The notes beneath the pieces were generated by a model that was not told the origin of the DNA, made no database searches, and saw only the letters and a list, made by a program, of their open reading frames with translations. From the NCBI GenBank assembly GCA_001872605.1, contig MNXM01000306.1, positions 6,291 through 70,290 of the forward strand: a stretch of 64,000 nucleotides of DNA, given 5' to 3'. Both the position numbers and the translations under genes were made by a program. Source of the DNA: Armatimonadetes bacterium CG2_30_59_28 (GTDB taxonomy: Bacteria; Armatimonadota; Abditibacteriia; CG2-30-59-28). Shown one piece after another: positions 48,864-59,700 of this stretch. How positions within the stretch are numbered: the stretch's first letter is position 1; the number at the start of each line of letters is the position of its first letter.

Positions 48864-49555
48864 TCTGGTCCCTCGGTGGGAGTGATAGTGACATCGGCTT
48901 CAATGCGGCCGTCCAGTAGGGCGGCGCGGTGGAACTCGTACCGAAAACCCGCGTGCTCCAGGAAAGCGCGAGGATAGCCATCGGCATCCAGCATGCGGAT
49001 GAAATCGTGCAGGCGCAGGAGGTTGTTTCCCGGCCCAATCCGGCTCTCATCCGGTGTCCTCCGGGCGAAGGCGACCCCCTCGCCTTCTTGCGGCAGTGGT
49101 TGCGGGTTATGCTCGATGATCTTGCGGATCATCAAAGCCGACAGCCGTGTTGCCCGAATGTAGATTTCCTCGGCGTTACCTTCCAGCGACAGACCTTCCT
49201 TCATGTACACCGGGCCCGCGTCCATTTCAGGAACCATGCGGAGCGCAGTTAGCTTCGTCGAGCGGTGTCCCCGTATGATCAGATTCTGCAACGGACTGCC
49301 GCCGCGTCCGTACGGCACATCCGTCATGTGGAAACAAACACACTCGTAATTCGAGGCAATTTCCTCCGGCACTTTCCATGACCAGTGAAGAAAGAAAACA
49401 TACCGTGGGTTCAGGAGACGCACGGCATCGATTGTGAGTTCTTCAAGCTGTGCGACGAACTCCCATTCACCGGGGTAGGACGAGATCGCTTCGTCAAAGC
49501 ACCGTCGATTCCAGGGCTTGCACCCCGCCACGAGATAAGTTCCTTGCGCAGCCAT
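48860..49555 (-). CDS. Formyltransferase-like protein (short, methionyl-tRNA formyltransferase-like)
   Basis: Motifs FFLHWSW, FHMTDVPYGRGGSPLQNLI, DAGPVY and DFIRMLDADGYP. Confidence 0.8.
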   Translation of the reverse strand: MAAQGTYLVAGCKPWNRRCFDEAISSYPGEWEFVAQLEELTIDAVRLLNPRYVFFLHWSWKVPEEIASNYECVCFHMTDVPYGRGGSPLQNLIIRGHRSTKLTALRMVPEMDAGPVYMKEGLSLEGNAEEIYIRATRLSALMIRKIIEHNPQPLPQEGEGVAFARRTPDESRIGPGNNLLRLHDFIRMLDADGYPRAFLEHAGFRYEFHRAALLDGRIEADVTITPTEGPE

Positions 49556-49557
49556 GA

Positions 49558-50619
49558 TTACTCTGTTTTACCCCCGATCAGGGTCCAACTCAACGGGGTG
49601 CCGCGTGGGGTGTTGCGACTCGCCTTCCGCCCAATCACGTCGTCGAGGTGTCGTGTGTGAAGTCCCACGCCGGGACGTATTGAGCGCACATTATCAAGTG
49701 TGAATGGGTCCCCGGCCTTCATGTCCTGAACGACAAAGAGCGATCGGCGGAAGATGCGACTGCTGACCTCGCGCTCCTGCAAGCCGTAGTTCACCCTCCC
49801 CAATGCCTTCTCGACCGTGCGAATCGACTGCACGATCTCCTTCATCTCCTGCGGTTCGACCGAGAAGGCGCTATCCGGTCCCGTGTCCTTCCGAGAGAGG
49901 GTAAAGTGTTTCTCGACCACACACGCCCCTACGGCCACCGCTGCAGCGGGAACCGCTGTGCCGAGAGTGTGATCGGACAGCCCGACCGGAACGCCGAACG
50001 CGTCAGCCAAGTGAGGCATCGTCCGCAGGTGCATTGCCTCCGGAGGCGCGGGATACGCGCTCGTGCACTTCAGCAGGAGAAGTTGTTCACACCCCGCCTC
50101 CCGGAGTGTGCACACCGACTCGTCAATCTCCGCGAGGGTCGCCATGCCCGTTGACAATATCGCGGGCTTTCCGGTGGAAGCTACCTTCCGCAGCAGCGGC
50201 AGGTCCGTGTTTTCAAAAGAGGCGATCTTGTGTACCCCCACGCCTATCTTCTCGAGAAAGTCGACTGCCGTGCTATCGAACGCAGTGGAGAAACAGTCGA
50301 TGCCGACCTCGTCCGCAACCTGTTTAAGCTTCGGCTGCCACTCCCACGGGGTGAACGCCTCCTTGTAGAGATCGTGCAGGACACGCCCTTGCCAGATCGT
50401 TCCCTTGATTCGGAAAGGCTCGTCGTCGCAGTCGATGGTCATCGTGTCGGGGGTGTAAGTTTGCAGCTTGATGGCGTCTGCGCCTGCCTCCTTGGCTGCT
50501 CTAACGATCTCGACTGCGCGGTCGAAGTCGTGGTTGTGATTGGCCGACATCTCCGCCACGACGTAGACGGGATATCCCGGACCGATGCGACGACCGTTGA
50601 TTTCGATGAAAGGATGCAT
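49558..50619 (-). CDS. pseI: Pseudaminic acid synthase (NeuB family)
   Basis: Motifs AEMSANHN, KLQTYTPDTMT, KIASFE, LKCTSAYPAP, GLSDHT and EKHFTL..PDSAFS, plus a C-terminal SAF domain (RRSL...SIRPG). The start may be 50631. Confidence 0.93.
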   Translation of the reverse strand: MHPFIEINGRRIGPGYPVYVVAEMSANHNHDFDRAVEIVRAAKEAGADAIKLQTYTPDTMTIDCDDEPFRIKGTIWQGRVLHDLYKEAFTPWEWQPKLKQVADEVGIDCFSTAFDSTAVDFLEKIGVGVHKIASFENTDLPLLRKVASTGKPAILSTGMATLAEIDESVCTLREAGCEQLLLLKCTSAYPAPPEAMHLRTMPHLADAFGVPVGLSDHTLGTAVPAAAVAVGACVVEKHFTLSRKDTGPDSAFSVEPQEMKEIVQSIRTVEKALGRVNYGLQEREVSSRIFRRSLFVVQDMKAGDPFTLDNVRSIRPGVGLHTRHLDDVIGRKASRNTPRGTPLSWTLIGGKTE

Positions 50620-50620
50620 T

Positions 50621-51397
50621 TCAGCGACCATCCAGTTGATCCTCGTACAGGAGTTGCAGGCGCAGATAGACTTTCCGTCCATTCTCCACGAAGTACGCGC
50701 CCGCATACGGTGGGAACGTTCGGGCGCGCAGAACATTGATCAATTCCCTCGCCCCGTAACTTCGATCTAAGTCAATAGGGTCTATCGTTTCCACGTCACT
50801 TGTTCGGTGGTGCGTCCTCACTGCATTTTCCTGCTTCGTTCTCGGAGCGTGACCGGTGCGCACCAGCGGCCATGCCTCCCGGAACACATCCAGGCAGCAC
50901 TGTTCCAGTTTGTGGTACAGGGACTCCCCAGTATCCGCCGCTTCCACCGGCACTTCGCGCTGGGCGATAATGTCCCCCGTATCGACCCCCGCGTCGACAT
51001 AGTGCAACGTCGCCCCTGCGGGAGTGCCCTCGATGATGCTCCACACGTTCGGGTATTGCCCCCGGTTGTAGGGAAGAAAAGATGGGTGCAGGTTGATACA
51101 GCCTAACGGAAAAAGCTCGAGGAAGTCGGATTGCAGGATGTAGTTGAACAATACTGAAATGCCGAGGTCTGGCCGCAGCGCGCGAATGCTCTGAAGGACG
51201 GGAGGGCTGTTTAGCTCTGATCCGTCGAACACACATTCGGGCGCCAGTGCAGCAGTCTCGGTGATCTCCGCACCGAACTGCTGCTCGTCTTCCGGATGCA
51301 CCACCAGCCCCACGGTGTTGGCGTTCTCGGACTTCAGGTACTTCAGTATCTCCCAGGCGACACGGTTGTTCCCAAGATAGAGAATGCGCGGACTCAT
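50621..51397 (-). CDS. Sugar N-formyltransferase (VioF/WlaRD-like)
   Basis: Motifs INLHPSFLPYNRG.YPNVWSI, GATLH.VD.GVDTG.II and RARTFPPY. Confidence 0.85.
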   Translation of the reverse strand: MSPRILYLGNNRVAWEILKYLKSENANTVGLVVHPEDEQQFGAEITETAALAPECVFDGSELNSPPVLQSIRALRPDLGISVLFNYILQSDFLELFPLGCINLHPSFLPYNRGQYPNVWSIIEGTPAGATLHYVDAGVDTGDIIAQREVPVEAADTGESLYHKLEQCCLDVFREAWPLVRTGHAPRTKQENAVRTHHRTSDVETIDPIDLDRSYGARELINVLRARTFPPYAGAYFVENGRKVYLRLQLLYEDQLDGR

Positions 51398-51401
51398 GTT
51401 C

Positions 51402-52121
51402 TCAGGCGCGCCCAAAATGCTTCAATAACGCCTCGGCGATGACGAAGTCTACCTCGTCGTGCATGTCGATGGCGAGGTCGTCATCTCGAACAACGACACG
51501 GGTGCCGTCACCGGTAAGTCGATCGTGCTCCATCAGCGTGGCTCGGCTGGAGACGTACACATACCCATCTTCTCGGTAGTCGTGTTGCACCCACTGCCGA
51601 TTGGGGCGGCGAAGGTCGAAATGAGGACTGTACGAGCCATCCTCTTCTCTCCTCCAGATCTTGTAGTTGCGTGTGTCCTGGCACACGGTAACCACGTCAC
51701 AGCCAGTATCGAGGAAAATCTGAATGCACTCGTCGATGCAATCGGCGTCCAACAGCGGCGTCGTGGGCTGCAGGGTGACAACCGCGGACACGGGGAAGGC
51801 GTGCTCTTCTTCCATCATGCGAACGGCGTGTTGCAGCACCGGCACCCAGGGGACGGCGTCTCCGCCCAGCTCATCAGGGCGCCTGAAAGGCACTTCCGCC
51901 CCGCACTCTTTGGCGATGGCTGCAATCTCATCATCATCGGTGGAGACAATAACGCGGTCGAGTAAACGCGCCGTGTGGGCGGTACCGATGATGTAATCGA
52001 TCAATGGTCTGTCCAGCAATGGCCGGATGTTCTTCCGCGGCAATCCCTTCGATCCTCCGCGCGCGGGGATGACGCCAAGGACACCGCCGGCGGAAGAACG
52101 GGCTGGTTGTTCAGTGCTCAT
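51402..52121 (-). CDS. pseF: Acylneuraminate/pseudaminate cytidylyltransferase
   Basis: Motifs IPARGGSKGLPRKN, VSTDD, LQPTTP and IDMHDEVD. The symbol is assigned from pathway context. Confidence 0.85.
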   Translation of the reverse strand: MSTEQPARSSAGGVLGVIPARGGSKGLPRKNIRPLLDRPLIDYIIGTAHTARLLDRVIVSTDDDEIAAIAKECGAEVPFRRPDELGGDAVPWVPVLQHAVRMMEEEHAFPVSAVVTLQPTTPLLDADCIDECIQIFLDTGCDVVTVCQDTRNYKIWRREEDGSYSPHFDLRRPNRQWVQHDYREDGYVYVSSRATLMEHDRLTGDGTRVVVRDDDLAIDMHDEVDFVIAEALLKHFGRA

Positions 52122-52133
52122 ATTGCAGGCTCC

Positions 52134-53333
52134 TCAATGGGTGCGATGCCGATTCAGGATTTCGCCAACTGTTGTCACAACGCGGTCCACGTCTCCATCC
52201 TGCATCGCCGGGAAGAGCGGCAAGGTGATGATGCGTTCGTAGGCGGCCTCGGCCACGGGACACTGGCCGGGGCGCGTGCCGTAGCGTTCCTGATAGTAGG
52301 GATGCAGGTGAACGGGGATGTAGTGGACGTTGACTCCAATGCCCTTGTTGCGCAGCTCCGCGAAGATGGTCTGTCGGTCCGCTGTGACTCGAGACAAATC
52401 CAGCTGCACGACATACAGATGGTAAGCATGGGACACTTCCGGCGCTACCACGAGTGGTTCCACTTCGGGCACGGACGCAAAGGCTTCGTTGTACCGGGCA
52501 GCGATTGCTTGCCGTCGCCGCACCCACTGCGGCAGCTTGCGAAGCTGGCTGAGGCCCAGCGCGCATTGGAAATCGGTGATGCGGTAGTTGTAGCCGAGGT
52601 CGACCATCTCGTAGAACCAGGAGCCCTGCTGCTCTCTCTGGCGGTGATCGGTGGTGATGCCGTGGTTGCGGAAGGTGCGCGCCCGTGAGGCAAACTTCGG
52701 GTTGCTTGTCGCGACCACGCCCCCCTCCCCTGTCGTTATAGCTTTGACTGGATGGAGGCTGAACGTACTGATATCCGCCAAACTACCCACGGGGCGCCCA
52801 CGATAGCTTCCGCCGAGAGCGTGGCAGGCGTCCGCCACGAGTCGAAGATTGTGCTTCTGGGAAATCGCACTCAGAGCGTCATAGTCGCAGGGCTGGCCCG
52901 CATAGTCCACGGCGATGATGGCTTTCGTTTTTTCCGTTACCCGGCTTGCCACGTCTTCGGCGTCGAGCAGCAGCGTGTGCTCGTCAACATCCGCGACGAC
53001 CGGCGTGCCGCCCTGAAACGCCACGCAGTTTGCGGTCGCTGCAAAGGTGATGGCGGGGATGATGACCTCACCCCCTGCCCCGATGCCGATGGCATACATG
53101 GCGCAGTGCAAAGCCGCAGTGCCGTTGCACACGGCGACCGCGTGGTCGGCGTCCACGAATTCAGCGAAGCGTTGCTCAAACTCAGGAACCTTCGGACCGG
53201 TGGTGAGCCAAGCGGAGCGGAGCGCCGCAACGACAGCGTCGATGTCGTCTTCGTCGATGCACTGACGACCGTAAGGCAATGGTGAGGGATTTTCCGATGT
53301 GTTCTGTTCAGCCACTCGACTACTCCTGATCAA
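52134..53333 (-). CDS. pseC: UDP-4-amino-4,6-dideoxy-N-acetyl-beta-L-altrosamine transaminase
   Basis: Motifs PYGRQ.I...D, LTTGP, DACHALG, SLHPVK.ITTGEGG, LGYNYRITD and VNVHYIPV. Confidence 0.92.
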   Translation of the reverse strand: MIRSSRVAEQNTSENPSPLPYGRQCIDEDDIDAVVAALRSAWLTTGPKVPEFEQRFAEFVDADHAVAVCNGTAALHCAMYAIGIGAGGEVIIPAITFAATANCVAFQGGTPVVADVDEHTLLLDAEDVASRVTEKTKAIIAVDYAGQPCDYDALSAISQKHNLRLVADACHALGGSYRGRPVGSLADISTFSLHPVKAITTGEGGVVATSNPKFASRARTFRNHGITTDHRQREQQGSWFYEMVDLGYNYRITDFQCALGLSQLRKLPQWVRRRQAIAARYNEAFASVPEVEPLVVAPEVSHAYHLYVVQLDLSRVTADRQTIFAELRNKGIGVNVHYIPVHLHPYYQERYGTRPGQCPVAEAAYERIITLPLFPAMQDGDVDRVVTTVGEILNRHRTH

Positions 53334-54312
53334 GAAGCTCTCTCAGCTCCTCCACGCTCAGCCACTCCGTGTTAGCGTCGCTGGTATAGGCAAAGCCTTC
53401 GGGAAGGGGCTTGCTGTCCGGCCATTGGGGTTGCTCCCACCACGGATGGGTGGGAGTCACCACAAATCTGTCCTCAAACTCAAAGGAATTGCGCGCTTCG
53501 TCTTCCGAGATCAATGCCTCGTGCAGTTTCTCTCCCGGTCGGATGCCAATGAACTCGACATCGATGTCGGACGCGATGGCCGCCACCAGGTCCATCATTC
53601 GCATACTGGGTATCTTAGGGACGAAGACTTCACCACCGTGCATCAGCTCGATGCAACGGATGACAAAGTTCACGCCGTAATTCAGCGTTAGCCAGAAGCG
53701 CGTCATACGCTTGTCAGTGACGGTGAGGGTTCCCGTCTCGCGCTGTTTCAGGAACAAAGGAACAACGCTGCCGCGGCTGCCCACCACGTTGCCGTACCGG
53801 CAACAAGAAAGGCGAGTGCCACTTCCTGCCGCGTAGGCATTCCCTTGGATGAACATCTTCTCCGCGCACAGCTTGGTGGCGCCATACAGATTTACGGGGT
53901 TCACTGCTTTATCGGTGCTGATCGCCATGACCTTTTCCACGCCGCAGTCGATGGCGCTTTCGATGACATTCTGTGTGCCGAGAATGTTCGTCTTCACCGC
54001 CTCAAACGGGTTGTATTCACAAGCAGGCACCTGCTTCAGCGCCGCTGCGTGAACAACGATGTCCACTCCGGCCATCGCTCGACGCAACCGCTCTCCGTCT
54101 CGCACGTCGCCGATAAAGTAGCGCAGGTTGGGGCGGTCGAATCCTCCGGTGCGCATCTCGTGCTGTTTCAACTCGTCTCGGCTAAAGACAATGAGTCTCT
54201 TCGGTGAGTGATTCTTCAACTGCGTCGCGATGAATTTTCTCCCGAAAGATCCGGTCCCCCCTGTGACGAGCACCGATTTCTCTGACCAGTTGACACTTTC
54301 AGGCATACTCAT
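53320..54312 (-). CDS. pseB: UDP-N-acetylglucosamine 4,6-dehydratase (inverting)
   Basis: Motifs TGGTGSFG, SRDELKQ, AAALKQVPACEYNP, STDKAVNP.NLYGATK, RYGNVVGSRGSV and GIRPGEKLHE. ATGA overlap with the wzt stop. Confidence 0.95.
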   Translation of the reverse strand: MSMPESVNWSEKSVLVTGGTGSFGRKFIATQLKNHSPKRLIVFSRDELKQHEMRTGGFDRPNLRYFIGDVRDGERLRRAMAGVDIVVHAAALKQVPACEYNPFEAVKTNILGTQNVIESAIDCGVEKVMAISTDKAVNPVNLYGATKLCAEKMFIQGNAYAAGSGTRLSCCRYGNVVGSRGSVVPLFLKQRETGTLTVTDKRMTRFWLTLNYGVNFVIRCIELMHGGEVFVPKIPSMRMMDLVAAIASDIDVEFIGIRPGEKLHEALISEDEARNSFEFEDRFVVTPTHPWWEQPQWPDSKPLPEGFAYTSDANTEWLSVEELRELLDQE

Positions 54313-55646
54313 TGGCTCCATCCCTCGGGATTGCGCACCTGTTCGGTTCGCTCGACCTGCCACGGTATGGGGACTGCGATCACGCCACCGCGGTTGGACT
54401 TGGTAACATAGGACAGGAAGGATAGTTCGTCCTTGATCTCAACATAAATCCCTCTCCGGGTATCAATTCGCTCGGGTCCCACAGTTAAGGCCAGTTCGAG
54501 TTCGTAAGTTCCGTGGTTCAGCAGTGGGGTGGGAATCTCGAAGGAAGCGTGGTAACGGCCTGCGCTTCGCGGGAACTGGTCCTGCATGGTTTCGCCAATG
54601 TAGTTGTCCCAGTCTGAGTCTTGGGACACCAGGGCGCGGATGTTCTCTTGCGTCCAGACCTCCACGAACAATATCAAGGTCGGGAAATCCCGATGAAGCT
54701 CAAAATCCATTTCCACCCGGATGGGGTCGAGTACTCCGTGGCGAAGGCACAGGGAACCCGCTGAGTTCAGCACTCTGACCGCGAGGATTTGCCCTTCCAT
54801 CGACTGCCTTTTCTCGTAAACAAATGCGGCATTTTCCGGTTTGGACTCTTCATCCATCGACGCTCTGTAGGCTTCAATCACGGCGGTTGGCTTGCCATCT
54901 CTCCGCAGGGCACCTCCGTCCAGCAGGATCGCTCTATTGCAGAGCGCCTCCACGGCCTTCAGGTTGTGGCTTACGAAAAACACGGTTCGGCCACCCGTTG
55001 CCACCTCTCTCATCTTGCCGAGGCATTTTCGCTGAAAGGACATGTCCCCAACGGAGAGGACTTCATCCACTACCAGGATTTCCGGTTCCAGGTGAGCGGC
55101 GACGGCGAAGGCGAGGCGGACAAACATGCCGCTGGAGTATCGCTTGACCGGAGTATCGAGGAACTTCTGTATTTCGGCAAAACTCACGATCGCGCCGAAG
55201 CGTCGCTCGATTTCCCTCTTCTTCATGCCAAGAATTGCGCCGTTGAGGTAAATGTTCTCTCGTCCCGTTAATTCGGGGTGGAACCCGGTGCCCACTTCGA
55301 GAAGGCTCGCAACGCGTCCTCGGAGTCTGACCTCCCCTTCTGTTGGCTCAGTGATGCGTGAAAGAATCTTGAGCAAGGTGCTCTTACCGGCCCCGTTGCG
55401 GCCAATGACACCGACAACTTCTCCCTGCTCAACCTCGAAAGAAACGCCCTTCAAGGCCCAGATTGTGTCTACGCCAACTCGCTCTTCGTTGCCATTCCGT
55501 GAGCCGCCAAAGCGCGCGGCCAGATTGCGAAACGGTGTTGCCGCAGCATCGACGATCGCTTCACGAATTGTCTTGTAGGGCGCCTCCGCTTTTCCAATGC
55601 GGTAGCGTTTGCCGAGATTCTCAACTTGAATGATGGAGTCTGACAT
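54309..55646 (-). CDS. wzt: Polysaccharide ABC transporter ATP-binding protein with a C-terminal carbohydrate-binding domain
   Basis: Motifs GRNGAGKST, YSSGM..RLAF, VDEVLSVGD and VSHN, plus a long C-terminal extension. Confidence 0.93.
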   Translation of the reverse strand: MSDSIIQVENLGKRYRIGKAEAPYKTIREAIVDAAATPFRNLAARFGGSRNGNEERVGVDTIWALKGVSFEVEQGEVVGVIGRNGAGKSTLLKILSRITEPTEGEVRLRGRVASLLEVGTGFHPELTGRENIYLNGAILGMKKREIERRFGAIVSFAEIQKFLDTPVKRYSSGMFVRLAFAVAAHLEPEILVVDEVLSVGDMSFQRKCLGKMREVATGGRTVFFVSHNLKAVEALCNRAILLDGGALRRDGKPTAVIEAYRASMDEESKPENAAFVYEKRQSMEGQILAVRVLNSAGSLCLRHGVLDPIRVEMDFELHRDFPTLILFVEVWTQENIRALVSQDSDWDNYIGETMQDQFPRSAGRYHASFEIPTPLLNHGTYELELALTVGPERIDTRRGIYVEIKDELSFLSYVTKSNRGGVIAVPIPWQVERTEQVRNPEGWSQ

Positions 55647-55654
55647 GGGTTTTA

Positions 55655-56509
55655 CTACACCACGTCGGCGAAGGTTCGCTCCATTCGTCGGAAATAGACC
55701 GCGCCACTTATCAGAATCAGGAGACTCAGGAAGGCAGCCAGCCCCAATGGAAACCACTGGAAGGGGCGATTGAGGAGCGCGGACCGATAGCCTTCCAGCA
55801 GCCCTGCCATCGGGTTAAGGATTGCCATTACGCGGTATTTCGCTGGTAGAAATGACAACTGATAGAAGACCGGCGATGCAAACATCCAGAGCTGAATCAG
55901 GAAGGGGATCGCATACCGGATATCACGATACTGAACATTCAGTGCCGACAACCACAATCCCATGCCCAAGGCCAGAACCATGGTCAGGACGACGAGGAGG
56001 GGAACCATCAAAGCCCCCGCTCCAGGCACGATGTGATAGTAGAAACACAGACCAAGGAGGACGATGAACGCCAGGACAAGGTCGAGCAACCCGGAGAGCA
56101 CCGCAGACCCCGGCACGATGAGGCGCGGGAAGTAGACTTTCGTGATCAGGTTGGCGCTCCCGACAAGGCTGTTTCCCGACTGAGTGACGGCATTGGAGAA
56201 GAACGTCCATGGTACAACCGCACAAAAGTTGAAAAGGGGATACGGAACTCCCGCCGGCGCAATGCCTCTTGTGCGCCCCAGAATAAGCGAGAACACGATC
56301 ATCGTGGCAACCGGCTGAATGATCGCCCAGGTGCCTCCGATCAGGGTCTGCTTGTACCGCACCTTGATATCCCGCCAGGTGAGAAAATACAGCAGCTCGC
56401 GGTACTCCCACAACTCACTCAGGTTGATGGAGGAAAGGCCCGTGGATGGTCTGATGAGCAGCCACGGTAGAGGACCTCCTTCTGCATGTTTGAGGGAATC
56501 CGTGGGCAT
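55655..56509 (-). CDS. wzm: Polysaccharide ABC transporter permease
   Basis: Motifs RDIKVRYKQT..G..W..IQP, LITKVYFPR, YRD, SPVFY and LNP. Confidence 0.93.
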   Translation of the reverse strand: MPTDSLKHAEGGPLPWLLIRPSTGLSSINLSELWEYRELLYFLTWRDIKVRYKQTLIGGTWAIIQPVATMIVFSLILGRTRGIAPAGVPYPLFNFCAVVPWTFFSNAVTQSGNSLVGSANLITKVYFPRLIVPGSAVLSGLLDLVLAFIVLLGLCFYYHIVPGAGALMVPLLVVLTMVLALGMGLWLSALNVQYRDIRYAIPFLIQLWMFASPVFYQLSFLPAKYRVMAILNPMAGLLEGYRSALLNRPFQWFPLGLAAFLSLLILISGAVYFRRMERTFADVV

Positions 56510-56796
56510 TGATGCTGCTTCAGCGATCTGAGTGGTACCTCACAAATGCAGCCGCCCTCCCTTTGCGGGGTAACAGCCAGTCTGGCAAAGGAATCATCCC
56601 GTCTGTTCGGGGACCGCAGGGCTCTCGATAGGCCATTTTTCAACTGTACGGTTTGTTGCCGGAATGAAGCGCGCGGTTCGCGTGAAGAGAAGATGCATGT
56701 CAGGAACAGTTCCACGACAGGGCTGGCCCATCACGCTGAATGCAGCGCGGACGCTGAGCGCTGCTCGGAGATGTCGGCGCGCTCCCTCGTCGCCAG

Positions 56797-59700
56797 TTAC
56801 CGCACATCAACCTGCACCTCAAGCGGATTGGAGCCTTTTTCGGCAAACCAGATGAGGTCGCCCTGGATCAAATCCCACTTCAGCGTGTAATCCCCCGGCG
56901 TCTCCGGCGCCTGAATCCTCGCAACGACGTCCACTGTATCGCCCTTTGAGACCGATGTCGAAAGGTTAGTCAGCAGCCCCTTGGTTACCACTGTCCTCCC
57001 GCTGCCGGAAAGCCATCGGTAGCTCAGTTGCACCGGCAAGGGGCCACCGGATTCCCACCGCAGCGCCCCGGTATTCTGGATGCGTATACGCACCGTGTAG
57101 GTCTGGCCGGCAACCTGCGTCTTGGGGCTGTCGTGACTGAGAAATTTCGCCAGGTACAGGCTGTCGACCGCCACGGGTATGTTCACCGTCGATGCGCCGC
57201 GGTTGCTGAACCATCCCTGGCCTTCCTGGAACAGGTCCCATTTCAGCGTGTAGACCCCGGGCATATCGGGAGCGCGCGTTTGGGCGTTAAGTGTCACTTC
57301 CTCCCCGAGGCTGACCGGGCGCTGCAAATCGGTGAGAATGGGCAGGCTCTCGACGTTGTTCCCCGATTCGTCGATCCAGTGGTATCCCAGCTTCACGGGA
57401 TTTCTCCCGCCCAGCGCCCAAGTGAGGGTCCCGGTGTTCCGTATCGAGATCGAGACAGTGTAAAGCTGACCGACAATCATGTTGTTCGGATGGCTGCGCG
57501 CCGTGAAAGTAGCCGCATAGGAGGGGCGCGCCACGATCACTCCTACGTCAAGGGGTCGAGATCCCTGAGTGGAGAACCACAGTGAATTTCCCTGCACCAG
57601 GTCCCACTGAAGGGTGTAGGTGCCGGGAACCACGGGCGATTGAACCTGAGCGACGACCCCGGCGGAGCGTCCCGGATCAACGTCGTATGGCAATGAGGTG
57701 AGTGCGCCGCCGGGCTGACTCGTCGGGATGGAGACCGTGTTCCCCTGGTCATCGATCCAGCGATACCCAACCCCGATGGCGTTGGGCCCCTGATAGTACC
57801 ACTTCATGGATCCCGTGTTCTTCAGCCTCAAGTTGGCGATGTAGATTTCTCCCGGAGTCATGCTCGAGGGAATGACGCGCTCCTCATATTCCACTCCATA
57901 CAAACTGACCACCGTCACCGGAGCCTCGAGACTTGTCGCGCCCATATCGGAGAACCATGTGTTGCCTCCGAGGCGCAGATCCCATCGCAGCACGTATTTT
58001 CCCTGGACATCGGGAGCGCGAACGCGCGCATCCACTTTGACTTCAGTCCCAGAGGGCACAACCGCGGGAACTGCTGTGATCAGGGGCGGATCGTCGAGTG
58101 GGGTTCCGTCCATGTTGTACCAGTGATAGCCCATGCCCACCGGCTGCTCCCCCGTGCCCTGCCAGGAAGTGGCTCCGGTGTTCCGGATGGTCACTTCCAC
58201 CGTGTATTGTTGGCTCGGGGTCATTCGTTCGGGCGTCCGCCCCCCGATGAACATGACACTGTAGGGCATTTCCACATTCACGCCCACGCGAATGGGCGAG
58301 GTATTACGCTGAGAAAACCAGAGCAGCTCTCCCTGGCGGAGGTCCCATTCCAGGATGTACTTCCCTTGTTCCGCCGGCGCTCTCACCTGCGCCTGCACAA
58401 CGGCCTGCTCCTCATAGTTGACCGGCACCGGCAACGGCGACTTCAGGCCGTGGGTAATTCGGCCCTTGTCGTCAATCCACCGATAGGAGATCTGCACAGC
58501 GTTGTTGCCGCTGTTCAGCCAGGTCATGGTACCGACATTGCGGAGGGTCAAATCAACGGTGTAGACTTGACTGCCGATCATCGTCGTGGGCGTGTTGTGC
58601 TGCAGGTACTCGACTCCGAAATCGCTGAGCAGCTTCACTTGCCGTGTTGCGAACGCCGTATCCTCTTCCTCGTCGGTTGCAGCTACCCGAAGCGTGTATA
58701 CCCCGGAAAGGCCGGATGTGTCCCAGCGCGCCAGCAGCCCGTCCTGAACCGGTGCGGTGATATTTTCCCGGATGGATACCCACTCGCTCGGGTTCTCGCC
58801 GACCCCATAGTCAACGCGTCCGGATTTAAGCGTGCCCGTTGCCGCGTTCAGGGAACCCAGGATGTCAACAATGCCCTGCACTCGCGCATCCGCCGGCGGG
58901 TGTGAGATGACGGCAACCGGCGGTTGCCGCCGCAGTTGCAGGACGAAGACGTCTTGATTGTTGTGCAGCGCCGCGTCAAAAACGATGCTGTCTCCCTGCG
59001 GAGACCAATCGGGAGATGAAACGCTGCCGCCGGCCGCGGGTGCCTCGCGAGCCGCCCCGCCCCCGCGACTGGCAAACCACAGCTCGCGACGACTATCGCG
59101 TTGCATCACGCCCACGAGTTTGGATCCGTTCGGGGACCACGACGGTTGCTCAAGCCCCCTAACGACGGAGTTTGGCTCGCCTCCGGTGCAGGGAATGACC
59201 CACGTTCCCCCCTTCCCCGGCTGCAGCGAAAAGTAGGCGATTATGCTGCCATCCGGAGACCAACTTGGGTCCCATGCGCCTGTCACCAGCAGTCGCGGGT
59301 TGCTGCCGTCAGACTGCATGACCCACAGGCTATCGGCGCCGTTCCTGTCGGAAACGAAGGCGATCTGCGACCCATCGGGCGACCAAGTGGGCATCCAATC
59401 GATGCTCTCGTTGTCTGTCAACTGGAGCTGCGTCGCGCGCTCCAAGTCTATAATCCATATATCCGGGTTGCCTCGACTCCCGCGATTGCTCGCGCAAGCG
59501 ATTCTCTTCCCATCCGGAGACCATGCAGGATCGTCGTAGAACTGGAAAGGCGACAAGGCTGCGGTGAGGCGATATGGATCTGTTCCGTCCGCATTCATGA
59601 TCCAGAGGTCTTTGTTCCCCTGGCGACCGGACACGAAGACGACCTTGGTCCCGTCGGGCGAGAATGAAGGTTTGGCGTCGGTTTCACGCTCGCGCGTCAG

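Noticed and set aside
56510..56796. JUMPstart/ops element or riboswitch upstream of wzm
   Set aside because: The closest minus-strand match (GGCGGCTGC) departs from ops GGCGGTAG. Only short generic hairpins are present.
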